Virus record (IMG/VR): IMGVR_UViG_3300028844_006787
Source of the DNA: a virus
Taxonomy: Duplodnaviria > Caudoviricetes
DNA: 64,000 nucleotides
Reading direction: 5' to 3' (one strand)
The notes below the pieces were generated by a model. That model saw nothing but the letters and a program-made list of their open reading frames with translations, did no database searches and was not told where the DNA came from. Position numbers and translations under genes: made by a program. This document shows positions 39,983 to 49,067 of the stretch, piece after piece; positions within the stretch are counted from its first letter, which is position 1, and each line of letters begins with the position of its first letter.

Positions 39983-41737
39983 TTAGAACGAATAATGCTT
40001 TTTATCAAACCACGTTTTCCACATCTTGATTACTTTCATACTTTCACAATTACAATGCTTAGTAATTTCTCCGACTCCTTGAATGATTGTATGATTACCA
40101 CACCAAACATCTCCTTCAACGACCAAGTCCAAAAATTTTCCATTGTCGTATCCAATTGTAATCATTCGTGATGTTTTACCAAACTTTCGTAAAGTACGAC
40201 TATTAGCAATTATACCACGAAACATATAAACATTCGGTTCATCTTCGTATGATTCAAGAAAACATCCAGGTAAAAACTCTTCACCTGTCCACCATCCTTG
40301 TTTAAGAAATTGATCTTTGCTACTCATAAAATGGTTTTTGTTCGGAACAAATACACCTGCTACTTGTGCTTCACGAATATGAACCCATTTACGATAACTG
40401 CTTTGATTGTTTTTCAAAGTGCTTTCCCAAAACTTTTCTGCGTGATAATGTTTGTTGTATGCTAATGCCCATACAAGTTGACCATACGCAAGAGCATGAC
40501 CTTTGCAAAACGAGTATTTATCTAGTTCATTAAGTTGATTATATTGTGTTTTGTCGTTGAATGTTCCTGATGTATTGGTAAGCATATTTGCATCGTAGGT
40601 TTTTTGAAACTCTTCTATGCGTGTTATTTCGTTTCGTTTGAATGCTCTGCGATAAGCATCAGCAGTTCCATAATCACATCCAAGAACTTCCGCAATATAA
40701 TAAATGCTATCATCGTCATATATCAACATACGATTTTTATTACCAGATGTATAATCTTCAAAGTAATTCTTTTTGCGTTTGTTATCAGCAGCCGCAGGAC
40801 GAATTATAGCAAGACACAATGCAAGGTCTTTGTAACTTTTAGGTTGAATTGCCATAACGCATTTACGCATCGTTCTTGATTCTGCTTGTGTTAATCCAAT
40901 AACATCTCCGTTTCTGAATAACTCTTCTACATTTTCATCGTTAACAGGATATTCGTGTACTAATTTTTTATCTATATCCCACAACTGACTTAATCCACGG
41001 TTACAAAGCAAATCTATTTTAATTAAATTTTGTTTCTCTACATCGTATTTTGTAAGTTTGATTTGATTGTCTTTGAGAATATCCTTTTCAGGCACTTTAT
41101 CATCATATACAATGATTCCACCACAATGCAAAGACCAATGACAATGTTCTCCGATCAATTTATCTGCTTCTGCATAAATCTTGGCAACATCATTTGGATC
41201 AAGAAAATAATGCTCCACTTTAAAATTTTTCGGAAGTTGTTTACGAAATCCGTATTTACGCATTACTTCTCGCAACGCAGTTTTCTCGGAATACTTTACA
41301 TCGTTGCTGATTCTTGCAACACGATTCGGATACTTTTCATATAAATGCTTTAATATTTCATCACGATAATAATGTGGAACATCTAAATCAATATCAGGTT
41401 GATCGTCACGATGAAAATTCATAAATCGTGCTAATGCCATATTCTCTTTCACAGGATCAATAGATGTAATACCAAGCAAATAACAAACTAAACTACAAGC
41501 ACCACTTCCACGCAAAACGTGCGGAATATTCTGTGAACGCATATAACCAACAATATAAGTTACTTGCTCGAAGCATTGAATAAAGTTCTTTTGCTGAATA
41601 ATATCAAATTCTTCACACAAACGATTTTCGTAAGTTTCGTCCCACTTTACTTCATTTACAAAATGCTCACACAAAGCACGAATATGTTCATCGTAATTCT
41701 CTACACAAGAATTTACAGTTTTAGGAAGAATAAGCAT
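39983..41737 (-). CDS. dnaE: family C DNA polymerase (DnaE alpha-like), lacking PHP domain
   Basis: RGSGACSLVCYLLGITSIDPV, PDIDLDV, HCGGIIV, KIDLL, IRPA, YSFCKGHA. Confidence 0.92.
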   Translation of the reverse strand: MLILPKTVNSCVENYDEHIRALCEHFVNEVKWDETYENRLCEEFDIIQQKNFIQCFEQVTYIVGYMRSQNIPHVLRGSGACSLVCYLLGITSIDPVKENMALARFMNFHRDDQPDIDLDVPHYYRDEILKHLYEKYPNRVARISNDVKYSEKTALREVMRKYGFRKQLPKNFKVEHYFLDPNDVAKIYAEADKLIGEHCHWSLHCGGIIVYDDKVPEKDILKDNQIKLTKYDVEKQNLIKIDLLCNRGLSQLWDIDKKLVHEYPVNDENVEELFRNGDVIGLTQAESRTMRKCVMAIQPKSYKDLALCLAIIRPAAADNKRKKNYFEDYTSGNKNRMLIYDDDSIYYIAEVLGCDYGTADAYRRAFKRNEITRIEEFQKTYDANMLTNTSGTFNDKTQYNQLNELDKYSFCKGHALAYGQLVWALAYNKHYHAEKFWESTLKNNQSSYRKWVHIREAQVAGVFVPNKNHFMSSKDQFLKQGWWTGEEFLPGCFLESYEDEPNVYMFRGIIANSRTLRKFGKTSRMITIGYDNGKFLDLVVEGDVWCGNHTIIQGVGEITKHCNCESMKVIKMWKTWFDKKHYSF

Positions 41738-41786
41738 AAAAATAACATTTTAACAAATTCTATTTAATTTATCAACACCTTTATAA

Positions 41787-41822
41787 ACAAAATGTACCCC
41801 AGACCATAAGGAAAGGGGTACA
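41787..41822 (-). terminator. probable intrinsic terminator
   Basis: TGTACCCC...GGGGTACA stem followed by T-rich tract on - strand. Confidence 0.65.
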
Positions 41823-41871
41823 AAACTACAGCCGGATTAAATTAATAACCAGACATATTCGTTGACTAATG

Positions 41872-42105
41872 TTACTCTTTTGAATCAGCAACAAGAGCAA
41901 GAATAACTACAAGAGTAATAACTCCTGCAAGACTTGCTCCAGCACCAACGAAACCATCAACCAATGCTTGAAGGTTTCCAATAACGTTAAGTCCAACTGC
42001 ATCACCAAGTACGATTTGCCCAGCAACTCCAAGACCAACTACGCCCAAGAGTACACCCGTCAATCCCTTGACGAATCCATTTACTTTTTCGAATATTGCT
42101 TTCAT
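41872..42105 (-). CDS. small Gly/Val-rich membrane protein
   Basis: 77 aa, almost wholly hydrophobic; TAAGGA RBS; 5' hairpin; own terminator. Confidence 0.8.
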   Translation of the reverse strand: MKAIFEKVNGFVKGLTGVLLGVVGLGVAGQIVLGDAVGLNVIGNLQALVDGFVGAGASLAGVITLVVILALVADSKE

Positions 42106-42478
42106 TTTGTTGTTTCCTTATGTTCTATGTTTTCTTAATTGAAAACTTGCCTTCTTTATGAAGGACTTTTTATAATTATAATAAATACAATAAATTTATT
42201 ATAATAATTAGCACTTTTTATAAAAAATGCCGAAAAAAGACACCCTAAATAAAAGTACCAAGGCATACTTCATAGAAATATGCATTGCGTTTACTCGTTT
42301 TTTTACTTCATGTGCTTGTAGACGACCCAAATCCTCCCCACAGTTTTCCACGAAATCAATGGATTTGGAACTTCCGCAAGTCCTCCTCGCAAGCACTTGA
42401 ATGGTTTTTTTGATTTTCACGAGTAAAATAATAGATGTTATTTACTTTATTGTCAACTTCAATGTTTATTGTAATATT

Positions 42479-43450
42479 TTACAATTTTTTATCGAATCCT
42501 TTCAAGTTTAAAATTTCGGTAGATATAAATTTATCATCAATTTTATTTATATCAAAATCATTTTTATATATTTCCACAAGTTTTGCCAACAAAAATTCCG
42601 AAAAACCATATTTTACATTATGTTTGAAAAACATATCATGAAATCTACGAATATTATTCTTCATAAATAATACACGTTCTTTGTCTTTTAATAACAATAA
42701 AACCTGTTGATGTATGTAATCCATGCTATGTTCTCTTAAATCAAATCTTAGCATATAATCATCAACGTTTTGAAATATATTTTCCCATCCATAGTCATTC
42801 ATAGAATTGATCATAATCGGAATACATCCACATCTTATAACATCAAAAAATGTATTGACCCAAATTCTATCTCCTCGTAATATATAAACTACATCTGATT
42901 TGGATAAGTTGTTCAGATAAGTTTCATAAGTTTCCGTTTTAAGACCGTCTTTATAAATTCTTTGATCAAAAAGAGAGACATTGAATCTTTCGTCATTTAT
43001 TGTGTTGTAAAAATACAAAAAATCTTTTCTTGTTGAGTGTGTTATTGCCCCCGACCAAAAAACTTTATTATTGAAAGTTTCGTTTTTAATTGTTTTTTTA
43101 TCAATAGTTCCGTCAATTGCTGGACCAAATGGACTAGGTATTATATAAGGAAAATCACACAAATCATTTGTTGTAAAGCAAAAATTATTAATATTTAGAT
43201 TGGGAAGAATTTTATTATCAACACAAAATCCATGCCGTGCATTAACTTTTCCCCAATCCACACCCAGACGGATATTTTTCATCAAAATAATATGATTAGG
43301 TTTTGTTGTATTGAAGTCAAACTTATTAATATCATCCATTGTGAAATGTACATCAGATTCCTCATTTAAACCTACAAAACTTATTTGTTCTGAAAAAGAA
43401 TCACTCAAATAAATATCTTTTAATTTTGGTCTAATGGATATTTTTATCAT
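42479..43450 (-). CDS. exostosin (GT47)-like glycosyltransferase
   Basis: VFWSGAITHSTR...Y...LSKS...LRGD..W..FFDVIRCGCIPIMI. Confidence 0.75.
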   Translation of the reverse strand: MIKISIRPKLKDIYLSDSFSEQISFVGLNEESDVHFTMDDINKFDFNTTKPNHIILMKNIRLGVDWGKVNARHGFCVDNKILPNLNINNFCFTTNDLCDFPYIIPSPFGPAIDGTIDKKTIKNETFNNKVFWSGAITHSTRKDFLYFYNTINDERFNVSLFDQRIYKDGLKTETYETYLNNLSKSDVVYILRGDRIWVNTFFDVIRCGCIPIMINSMNDYGWENIFQNVDDYMLRFDLREHSMDYIHQQVLLLLKDKERVLFMKNNIRRFHDMFFKHNVKYGFSEFLLAKLVEIYKNDFDINKIDDKFISTEILNLKGFDKKL

Positions 43451-43652
43451 TAAATTACCTATTCAAACGAGCATTTCTGTCTTGAATTCGTTTTCTTTCT
43501 GCATCATCTGCTTCAATTCTTTTATTGAGTTCTCTCATTTGAATTAAATACATTGGATATGTAATTGGTAATAGTGCGTATTGCAAAAACACTATGAATA
43601 CATTTAATACTTTATCCCACACAAATTATAAATATTATTCAAAATAGATTTT

Positions 43653-44018
43653 TTATAATACTAAATAATCGTTGGAATTAAAGTTGTTGATTTTGTGAAT
43701 TCGTTTTGTTCGTTCTTTGCTGATATTAACTAATCCTGGTGTTTTAGTCGTTTTGACAAACTTCAAAGGACACATAGTAATTTGATTGTTTTTACCATTC
43801 TCGTTGCTTAACGATAACAAAATATTACCAATTATATTGATTTCAATGTTACTTAGAGAATCTTCCGACAAATAAAATCCATGACTACTACTACGATTCG
43901 TTAAATGAAACCAAGTAGCATCTTCGTGTTGCTTTTGAAATACTGATACTAAATGACTATTTTCTCGTGCATTACTTCCAAAGTAAACTATTTTATCGTT
44001 TATCTTAAACGTTTTCAT
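43653..44018 (-). CDS. NFACT RNA-binding domain (DUF814-like) protein
   Basis: GSNARENSHL...DATWFHL..SSSHGF...KTTKTPGLV. Confidence 0.75.
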   Translation of the reverse strand: MKTFKINDKIVYFGSNARENSHLVSVFQKQHEDATWFHLTNRSSSHGFYLSEDSLSNIEINIIGNILLSLSNENGKNNQITMCPLKFVKTTKTPGLVNISKERTKRIHKINNFNSNDYLVL

Positions 44019-44673
44019 GTAGTTTCAACATTCTTTCACGTAGAATTTTCTTTCTAGCAGAAGTTTGCGGAATTCTATTACGATACTTAACATTAAAGTT
44101 TTTGTATCCATTTTTAAGAATATCATACGAACATTCTCCCATAAACTTTTTAACCATTTCTAAATAAATAAAAGCAAACATTCGTCCGTGTGTAGAATAA
44201 CTTTTACACATATTAACTACAAACGATAATCTATCAACGATGATATGACTTAACTCATGTAAAATAATAGGAACATTGCACATATGATAAGGAATGCTGA
44301 TAATATCAGTTCCATAAGCATATGCCATATTTTGATTACGAGGAGCATTCTCGATTTTAAGTTCTGTATCTGAAAATAATCTTCCGAACTTTTTACGAAA
44401 CCATGTATCGTTTATTACTTCCGCAATTTTTAATATTACTTCATCAAACGGAAGATTATCTTCTGCACCACTTGGAATCAAAGAATACTCCGCATCATAT
44501 AATTTCTGCATTTGTGAATCTCTTAAACCATTATCATAACGATTCTTTAGCATTTCCCAAGTAGAAACATTTTTATTCCACTTACAATTATCATGCTTGC
44601 TTTTTACAAAGGTCATTATTACACCTTTGTTGTATTCCTCTATTGCAGTTTTAGGAATCTTTGTTTCTCTCAT
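44005..44673 (-). CDS. HExxH zinc metallopeptidase-like (SprT-type) protein
   Basis: ILHELSHII...HGRMF; leaderless after early promoter. Confidence 0.7.
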   Translation of the reverse strand: MRETKIPKTAIEEYNKGVIMTFVKSKHDNCKWNKNVSTWEMLKNRYDNGLRDSQMQKLYDAEYSLIPSGAEDNLPFDEVILKIAEVINDTWFRKKFGRLFSDTELKIENAPRNQNMAYAYGTDIISIPYHMCNVPIILHELSHIIVDRLSFVVNMCKSYSTHGRMFAFIYLEMVKKFMGECSYDILKNGYKNFNVKYRNRIPQTSARKKILRERMLKLHENV

Positions 44674-44682
44674 TATTCATAT

Positions 44683-44711
44683 ATACTACCAAAAATATTA
44701 TAAAAAGTCAA
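44683..44711 (-). promoter_or_regulatory. conserved early promoter copy
   Basis: TTGACT-TTTTATAATATTTTTGG-TAGTAT. Confidence 0.85.
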
Positions 44712-44755
44712 TACTAAATTTTACATTCTATTTTTAGTTCTGCATATTTATATAC

Positions 44756-46135
44756 ATGGCATTTAATTTTAGACCCAAAAATAAAAAAGAAATAGTTTCC
44801 AAGAAAAAAAAGTTTTCACATCAAGTTGCTGAAGTATACGAGCATATAAACAAATCCTACGCAGAAACTATTGTATTAGACCCTACATCCACATTCTCTA
44901 AAGTTAAAATACCTCGTATTATTTCCGACAAAAAAAATATAAATCAAATCAAAAATGAACTTGCAAAGGTATCAAACATAAAAGGTCTTTCTATTGAGTT
45001 TGGTGATGGTTCGGGTGCAGGTGGCAGTAACATCAATGCAGCCGAAACTGCATTTCAAGAAAATGCAAGCAGAATGGTATGTGAATTCTATATTTCCAAC
45101 GGAAGAATGCCAAATGTTTGTGATATAAAAAAGATATATAAAAAATGCGATGATGATTGGTACGGAACATTCTATAAACAAGCAATAGCATCTAAAAAGT
45201 TTTTGTCGGGTAAAGGATACAAATTTTCTCGTGATACTGGTATTATGCCGTTTCTTGAAAAAACTGCTATGCAAAAGTGTGGTGTTACTAAAAAAGACTC
45301 GTGGAATCCTGCGGATATTTATGCAGTTAAATCAAGTCAAGAGAATACAATACGAAACAAAATAAAAGAAATAGGTGATCTAAGATGTGATGTAAATGAA
45401 AAACTCGATATATTAAATGAAGCAATGCGTGTGTGGTTTAAAAGTCGTGAACTTGTTGGAATTTCCTTAAAGAAAATTGCACCAAATAAAACTCAAGCAT
45501 CTCTTGAAGAAACAAATGCAAAAAGTAATAAAGATGTTGTTATTAATAACATCAAAATAGATGGAAAAGTAAATTGTAATCTTGATCTTAACAATAAAGG
45601 TGAATTTTCAACAGGTGAACTTATGTTTAAACTAAATGTTGAAGGAAACAGTGTAACCGTTCAAATTAGAGCATTTTCCGGTGGACAACGTGAAAACACT
45701 CAAATGGATATGTCAGAAGCAGGTGCGGCTGCTAAACTTGGTAAAGTTTCTTTAACACAAGCAATTGATCCTTATCTTGCTTCTAAACCAATTAAAAGAT
45801 TAATGGCAAATACTCTGCCTAAAGTCGGCAATTGGACAGAATCAGATATTAAGAAATACATTACTGAATATAAATCAGTTCGTAGTTTAAAAATTGGTGA
45901 TAGTGCTATTGACTTTGGAAACGATGATTGGGAAAATACACTAAGAAAAGCAATTGAAATTGAGACATCAAATGCAAGAACTGCATCTCAGTTAAGCACC
46001 AAATTGCAATGCTTTCAATGGATTAGGATTTTTAATCAATTCAAAGGTAACGAATTTAATAAATTCATTACAGTATTGTACTTCGGTGCTAAAAAGCAAT
46101 ATGCAAGTGCAGGACCGTTTGTTAAAATAAGTTAA
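44756..46135 (+). CDS. putative PD-(D/E)xK-fold endonuclease
   Basis: TAFQE...KDSWNPADIY...LVGISLKK catalytic-like pattern; TATTTATA 3 nt upstream. Confidence 0.6.
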   Translation: MAFNFRPKNKKEIVSKKKKFSHQVAEVYEHINKSYAETIVLDPTSTFSKVKIPRIISDKKNINQIKNELAKVSNIKGLSIEFGDGSGAGGSNINAAETAFQENASRMVCEFYISNGRMPNVCDIKKIYKKCDDDWYGTFYKQAIASKKFLSGKGYKFSRDTGIMPFLEKTAMQKCGVTKKDSWNPADIYAVKSSQENTIRNKIKEIGDLRCDVNEKLDILNEAMRVWFKSRELVGISLKKIAPNKTQASLEETNAKSNKDVVINNIKIDGKVNCNLDLNNKGEFSTGELMFKLNVEGNSVTVQIRAFSGGQRENTQMDMSEAGAAAKLGKVSLTQAIDPYLASKPIKRLMANTLPKVGNWTESDIKKYITEYKSVRSLKIGDSAIDFGNDDWENTLRKAIEIETSNARTASQLSTKLQCFQWIRIFNQFKGNEFNKFITVLYFGAKKQYASAGPFVKIS

Positions 46136-47124
46136 ATAAGAATTGAATCGTTTTGAGTTTGATATTCAGTAAGCAACTGACAAATAGCATAATCTTTTGC
46201 TTTTACTTCACACTCCCACTTAATTTCTCTAGTAGATTCAGGTGGAAAATAGTTGCTTGAAAAGTAATCACGATGTGAACGTGGTTTGTCGGGTATACCT
46301 TGCGACCAATGAAATACAGGTGTTACATTCTTAGGCCATGTTTTTACACAAAGGTTCATGTTGGTTTCTATATCGTTACCACAATCATTTTTGCATTCAT
46401 CGTGTAGATTGTCATAGCAAATAGGAATGCTTACATTGTATTTGCTTTTAAGATACTTGTGAAATCTAAGTATATTTTGTACACTAAAAAATCCTTTATC
46501 TTCATTTTCTATTGTTAAACGATTTCGCACAGATTCTGAACAACGACTAAATCCTTGATAAAATCTATCACCTAGTTCTTGTATTTGCTCGGATATTGAA
46601 GCATTTTTATTTTTGGGACTAGCATTTACATGAATATTAACAGGACAATTTAGATTGTTAGGCAATCGCATATAATCAAGTATGCTACTTTGAAAGTTAA
46701 GTTCTTCTATGGTTTTATCTACTGCATCGGTATTCAACGAAGCAAGTACATTGAACTGATCAGGATGACTACCGATACTTACATTGCTTTTTTGTATTTG
46801 CTTGCCAAGCAAATTGAGTTCTAGTTTGATATTCTCGGGGTCATGTAATTTATTAAACGATAAATCTAAAGTTGGATCTGTAATAAGAGGAAAACCTGCA
46901 CAAGTTAATCGGTAGTGTGCGATTCCTTTTTCTTCACAATGTTTAATTACAAGAGAAGTAACCTCAATGTTTGTAAGTATTCTATTCGTTAACTCTTTGA
47001 TAGCATACTCACGATTATGTAATTTTACAAGATCGTTGAATCTTTTGCGTGTCATAGTTTTGAACGCAATTTCTTTATTAATAGTTTTTAGTTGCTCTGA
47101 TATACAAACAAGTCCTAGTTTCAT
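46132..47124 (-). CDS. uvsE: UV damage endonuclease
   Basis: LGLVCIS, HYRL, HPDQFNVLAS, RLTIENEDK, DNLH, FHWSQ, RSHRDY, CEVKAKDYAI. Confidence 0.93.
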   Translation of the reverse strand: MKLGLVCISEQLKTINKEIAFKTMTRKRFNDLVKLHNREYAIKELTNRILTNIEVTSLVIKHCEEKGIAHYRLTCAGFPLITDPTLDLSFNKLHDPENIKLELNLLGKQIQKSNVSIGSHPDQFNVLASLNTDAVDKTIEELNFQSSILDYMRLPNNLNCPVNIHVNASPKNKNASISEQIQELGDRFYQGFSRCSESVRNRLTIENEDKGFFSVQNILRFHKYLKSKYNVSIPICYDNLHDECKNDCGNDIETNMNLCVKTWPKNVTPVFHWSQGIPDKPRSHRDYFSSNYFPPESTREIKWECEVKAKDYAICQLLTEYQTQNDSILI

Positions 47125-47169
47125 ATTGATTATAGTATAGTTTAATTATAATAAGTCAATTATATTTTT

Positions 47170-47589
47170 TTAGGAATTTTTCCATTCATCACCTGTCATT
47201 TCATCATCATCCTCATCATCATTTTCCACAAAATCTTCATCATATATTTCATCAAACTCACCCAACGAATCTAATACCTTGCTTTCTTCCGCAGTAAAAT
47301 GATTTATATCGTGCAAATAAATGTGTCCATCAAAGGTTGGAAATTGCTCACGGAAATTTTTTTCAAAGTCCATAAATTTTTCAATTGTAAGTGTTTCATA
47401 TGGAAAGTCGATGCAGGCCTCGACATCTTCTCCGAATGTTCCTCCAGCAGAACCTTTGAATTTTTCTACAAAAGCAAGAATCTCATCAACACGTTTATCT
47501 ATTTCTTTGTTGGATATACCAAGAAATCCGTATTCTTTACCTCGTATAGATATTCCGTGCTTTACCTCAAATAAATTTAAGTCGTCCAT
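47170..47589 (-). CDS. acidic hypothetical protein
   Basis: 139 aa; TATTTATA at 47597-47604. Confidence 0.65.
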   Translation of the reverse strand: MDDLNLFEVKHGISIRGKEYGFLGISNKEIDKRVDEILAFVEKFKGSAGGTFGEDVEACIDFPYETLTIEKFMDFEKNFREQFPTFDGHIYLHDINHFTAEESKVLDSLGEFDEIYDEDFVENDDEDDDEMTGDEWKNS

Positions 47590-47777
47590 TCGTATATATA
47601 AATATCACGAATAAAACGATTTACGACTTTTTTTAGAGTATCCTTGTATTAGTAAGCAATTACATTCGTTTCTTTCAGAAACGACATCAAACTCTCAAGA
47701 GTTTTTACACGAAGGTTATTCTTAAGATCAGTAACTCTTTTGTAATATGTTATGAATTCGTATTTATTGTTCATTTT

Positions 47778-47800
47778 GTAGTAGTAGTAGTAGTAGTAGT
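47778..47800. repeat. (GTA)7 microsatellite in 5' region of a 37-aa ORF (47661..47774, -)
   Basis: Seen directly. Confidence 0.9.
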
Positions 47801-47935
47801 TTGTAGTTTGTTTATAGATAAAAGAATCTATTCCAAGGAAGTTCTCCGATGATACAATATAATAAATTGATCATCAACAATGCTCCGTATAAGGTCAACG
47901 CAACATATAAAGTGTTCTTGATGAAATTGAGTATT

Positions 47936-48416
47936 TTATGCTTCATTTATTTTTTGTTTCATTGCTTCAATTACTTCTTCACGACTACCTTCTGTAATCG
48001 TTCCGAAACCTTTGGTAAAAGCAGCCCAAGGCCACATAGAGCATGAACTTTCCATATAGCAAGTTTCTATGATATGACCCTTATACGTTATATTTTGATG
48101 ACTTGAAGTAGCATTGTATTCATCCAAATCAATTCCACTTTCCATTGCACATTCGTTTAAGTGTGACATAATATTATATTGTTGCGATTTCTCTTTGTAA
48201 AGACCTCAAATCGTGAATGATGTCTTCAAGTGCTTCTTCTGCTGATGTAATGCAGTAACCTTCTTTTCCGGCATATGCATTTGCTTCCCATCCATGAAAC
48301 TTACTTGTATTCACATTATCTTTGGGATCAGCAAAACGAATATTCTCGTTGACGATTTCCTTGATTTTATTTCGTATTTCTGCTTGATTCATATTTTCTC
48401 TCTTTGTTTCTCTCAA
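47936..48416 (-). CDS. two small early hypothetical proteins (47936..48169, 48174..~48392/48416)
   Basis: Downstream of early promoter 48429-48457. Confidence 0.6.
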
Positions 48417-48428
48417 TCTTATACCTAA

Positions 48429-48457
48429 AGACTACCAAAATTATTATAAAAAGTCAA
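48429..48457 (-). promoter_or_regulatory. conserved early promoter copy
   Basis: TTGACT-TTTTATAATAATTTTGG-TAGTCT. Confidence 0.85.
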
Positions 48458-48469
48458 GTACTAATTTTG

Positions 48470-48861
48470 CTAAAACCATGCCTCTATACCAAGTTCATTG
48501 CATCTTTTTCGTGCTTTATTGTATCGTTCTGAGTAATCGTCAGAAGCATCATCATACACCCTCAGATACGAGGAACGATGCTTACAAACGACCACACGAC
48601 ACTTGATATTAAACAACCTAAAAATTCTAGCAGCCTTGTTTGCTTCGGTTACTTCCCAAGGAATCATTACTTACGGAAATTCTTGATATTCCGATTTAAA
48701 TTTCTTAACTCATTCAGCAAAAATTCAGCACCATCATAATTTCCAACAGACCTCATTTCCTTGATTTCCTTGGTAACTTCCTTACGACGTGCAATTTTCT
48801 CTGCTAATATATCACTCTTTTTAACGAACTCGTTCATATTTTTAATTTGGTTATCCCTCAT
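48470..48861 (-). CDS. two small early hypothetical proteins (48470..48667, 48667..48837/48861)
   Basis: TAATG-coupled; ORF-track start 48903 is the -35 TTG. Confidence 0.6.
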
Positions 48862-48874
48862 TCTCAATACAAGT

Positions 48875-48903
48875 ATATTACCAAAATTATTATAAAAAGT
48901 CAA
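48875..48903 (-). promoter_or_regulatory. conserved early promoter copy
   Basis: TTGACT-TTTTATAATAATTTTGG-TAATAT. Confidence 0.85.
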
Positions 48904-48979
48904 GCATTATTTTATTTATTATAATGAAAGATAAACTTAAATTTATACCAAAATTTTTTTACCTATTTTTGCTTGTTAT

Positions 48980-49061
48980 ATCATGCAAAATGTGTGTTTT
49001 CGGAAAAAATATAACCAATATAGAATTAAAACAAGTTTTTTGCATGATAGATCATGCAAAA
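48980..49061. repeat. ATCATGCAAAA three copies, two forming a palindrome
   Basis: TTTTGCATGAT-AG-ATCATGCAAAA at 49038-49061 plus half-site at 48980-48990. Confidence 0.85.
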
Positions 49062-49067
49062 TGTATA

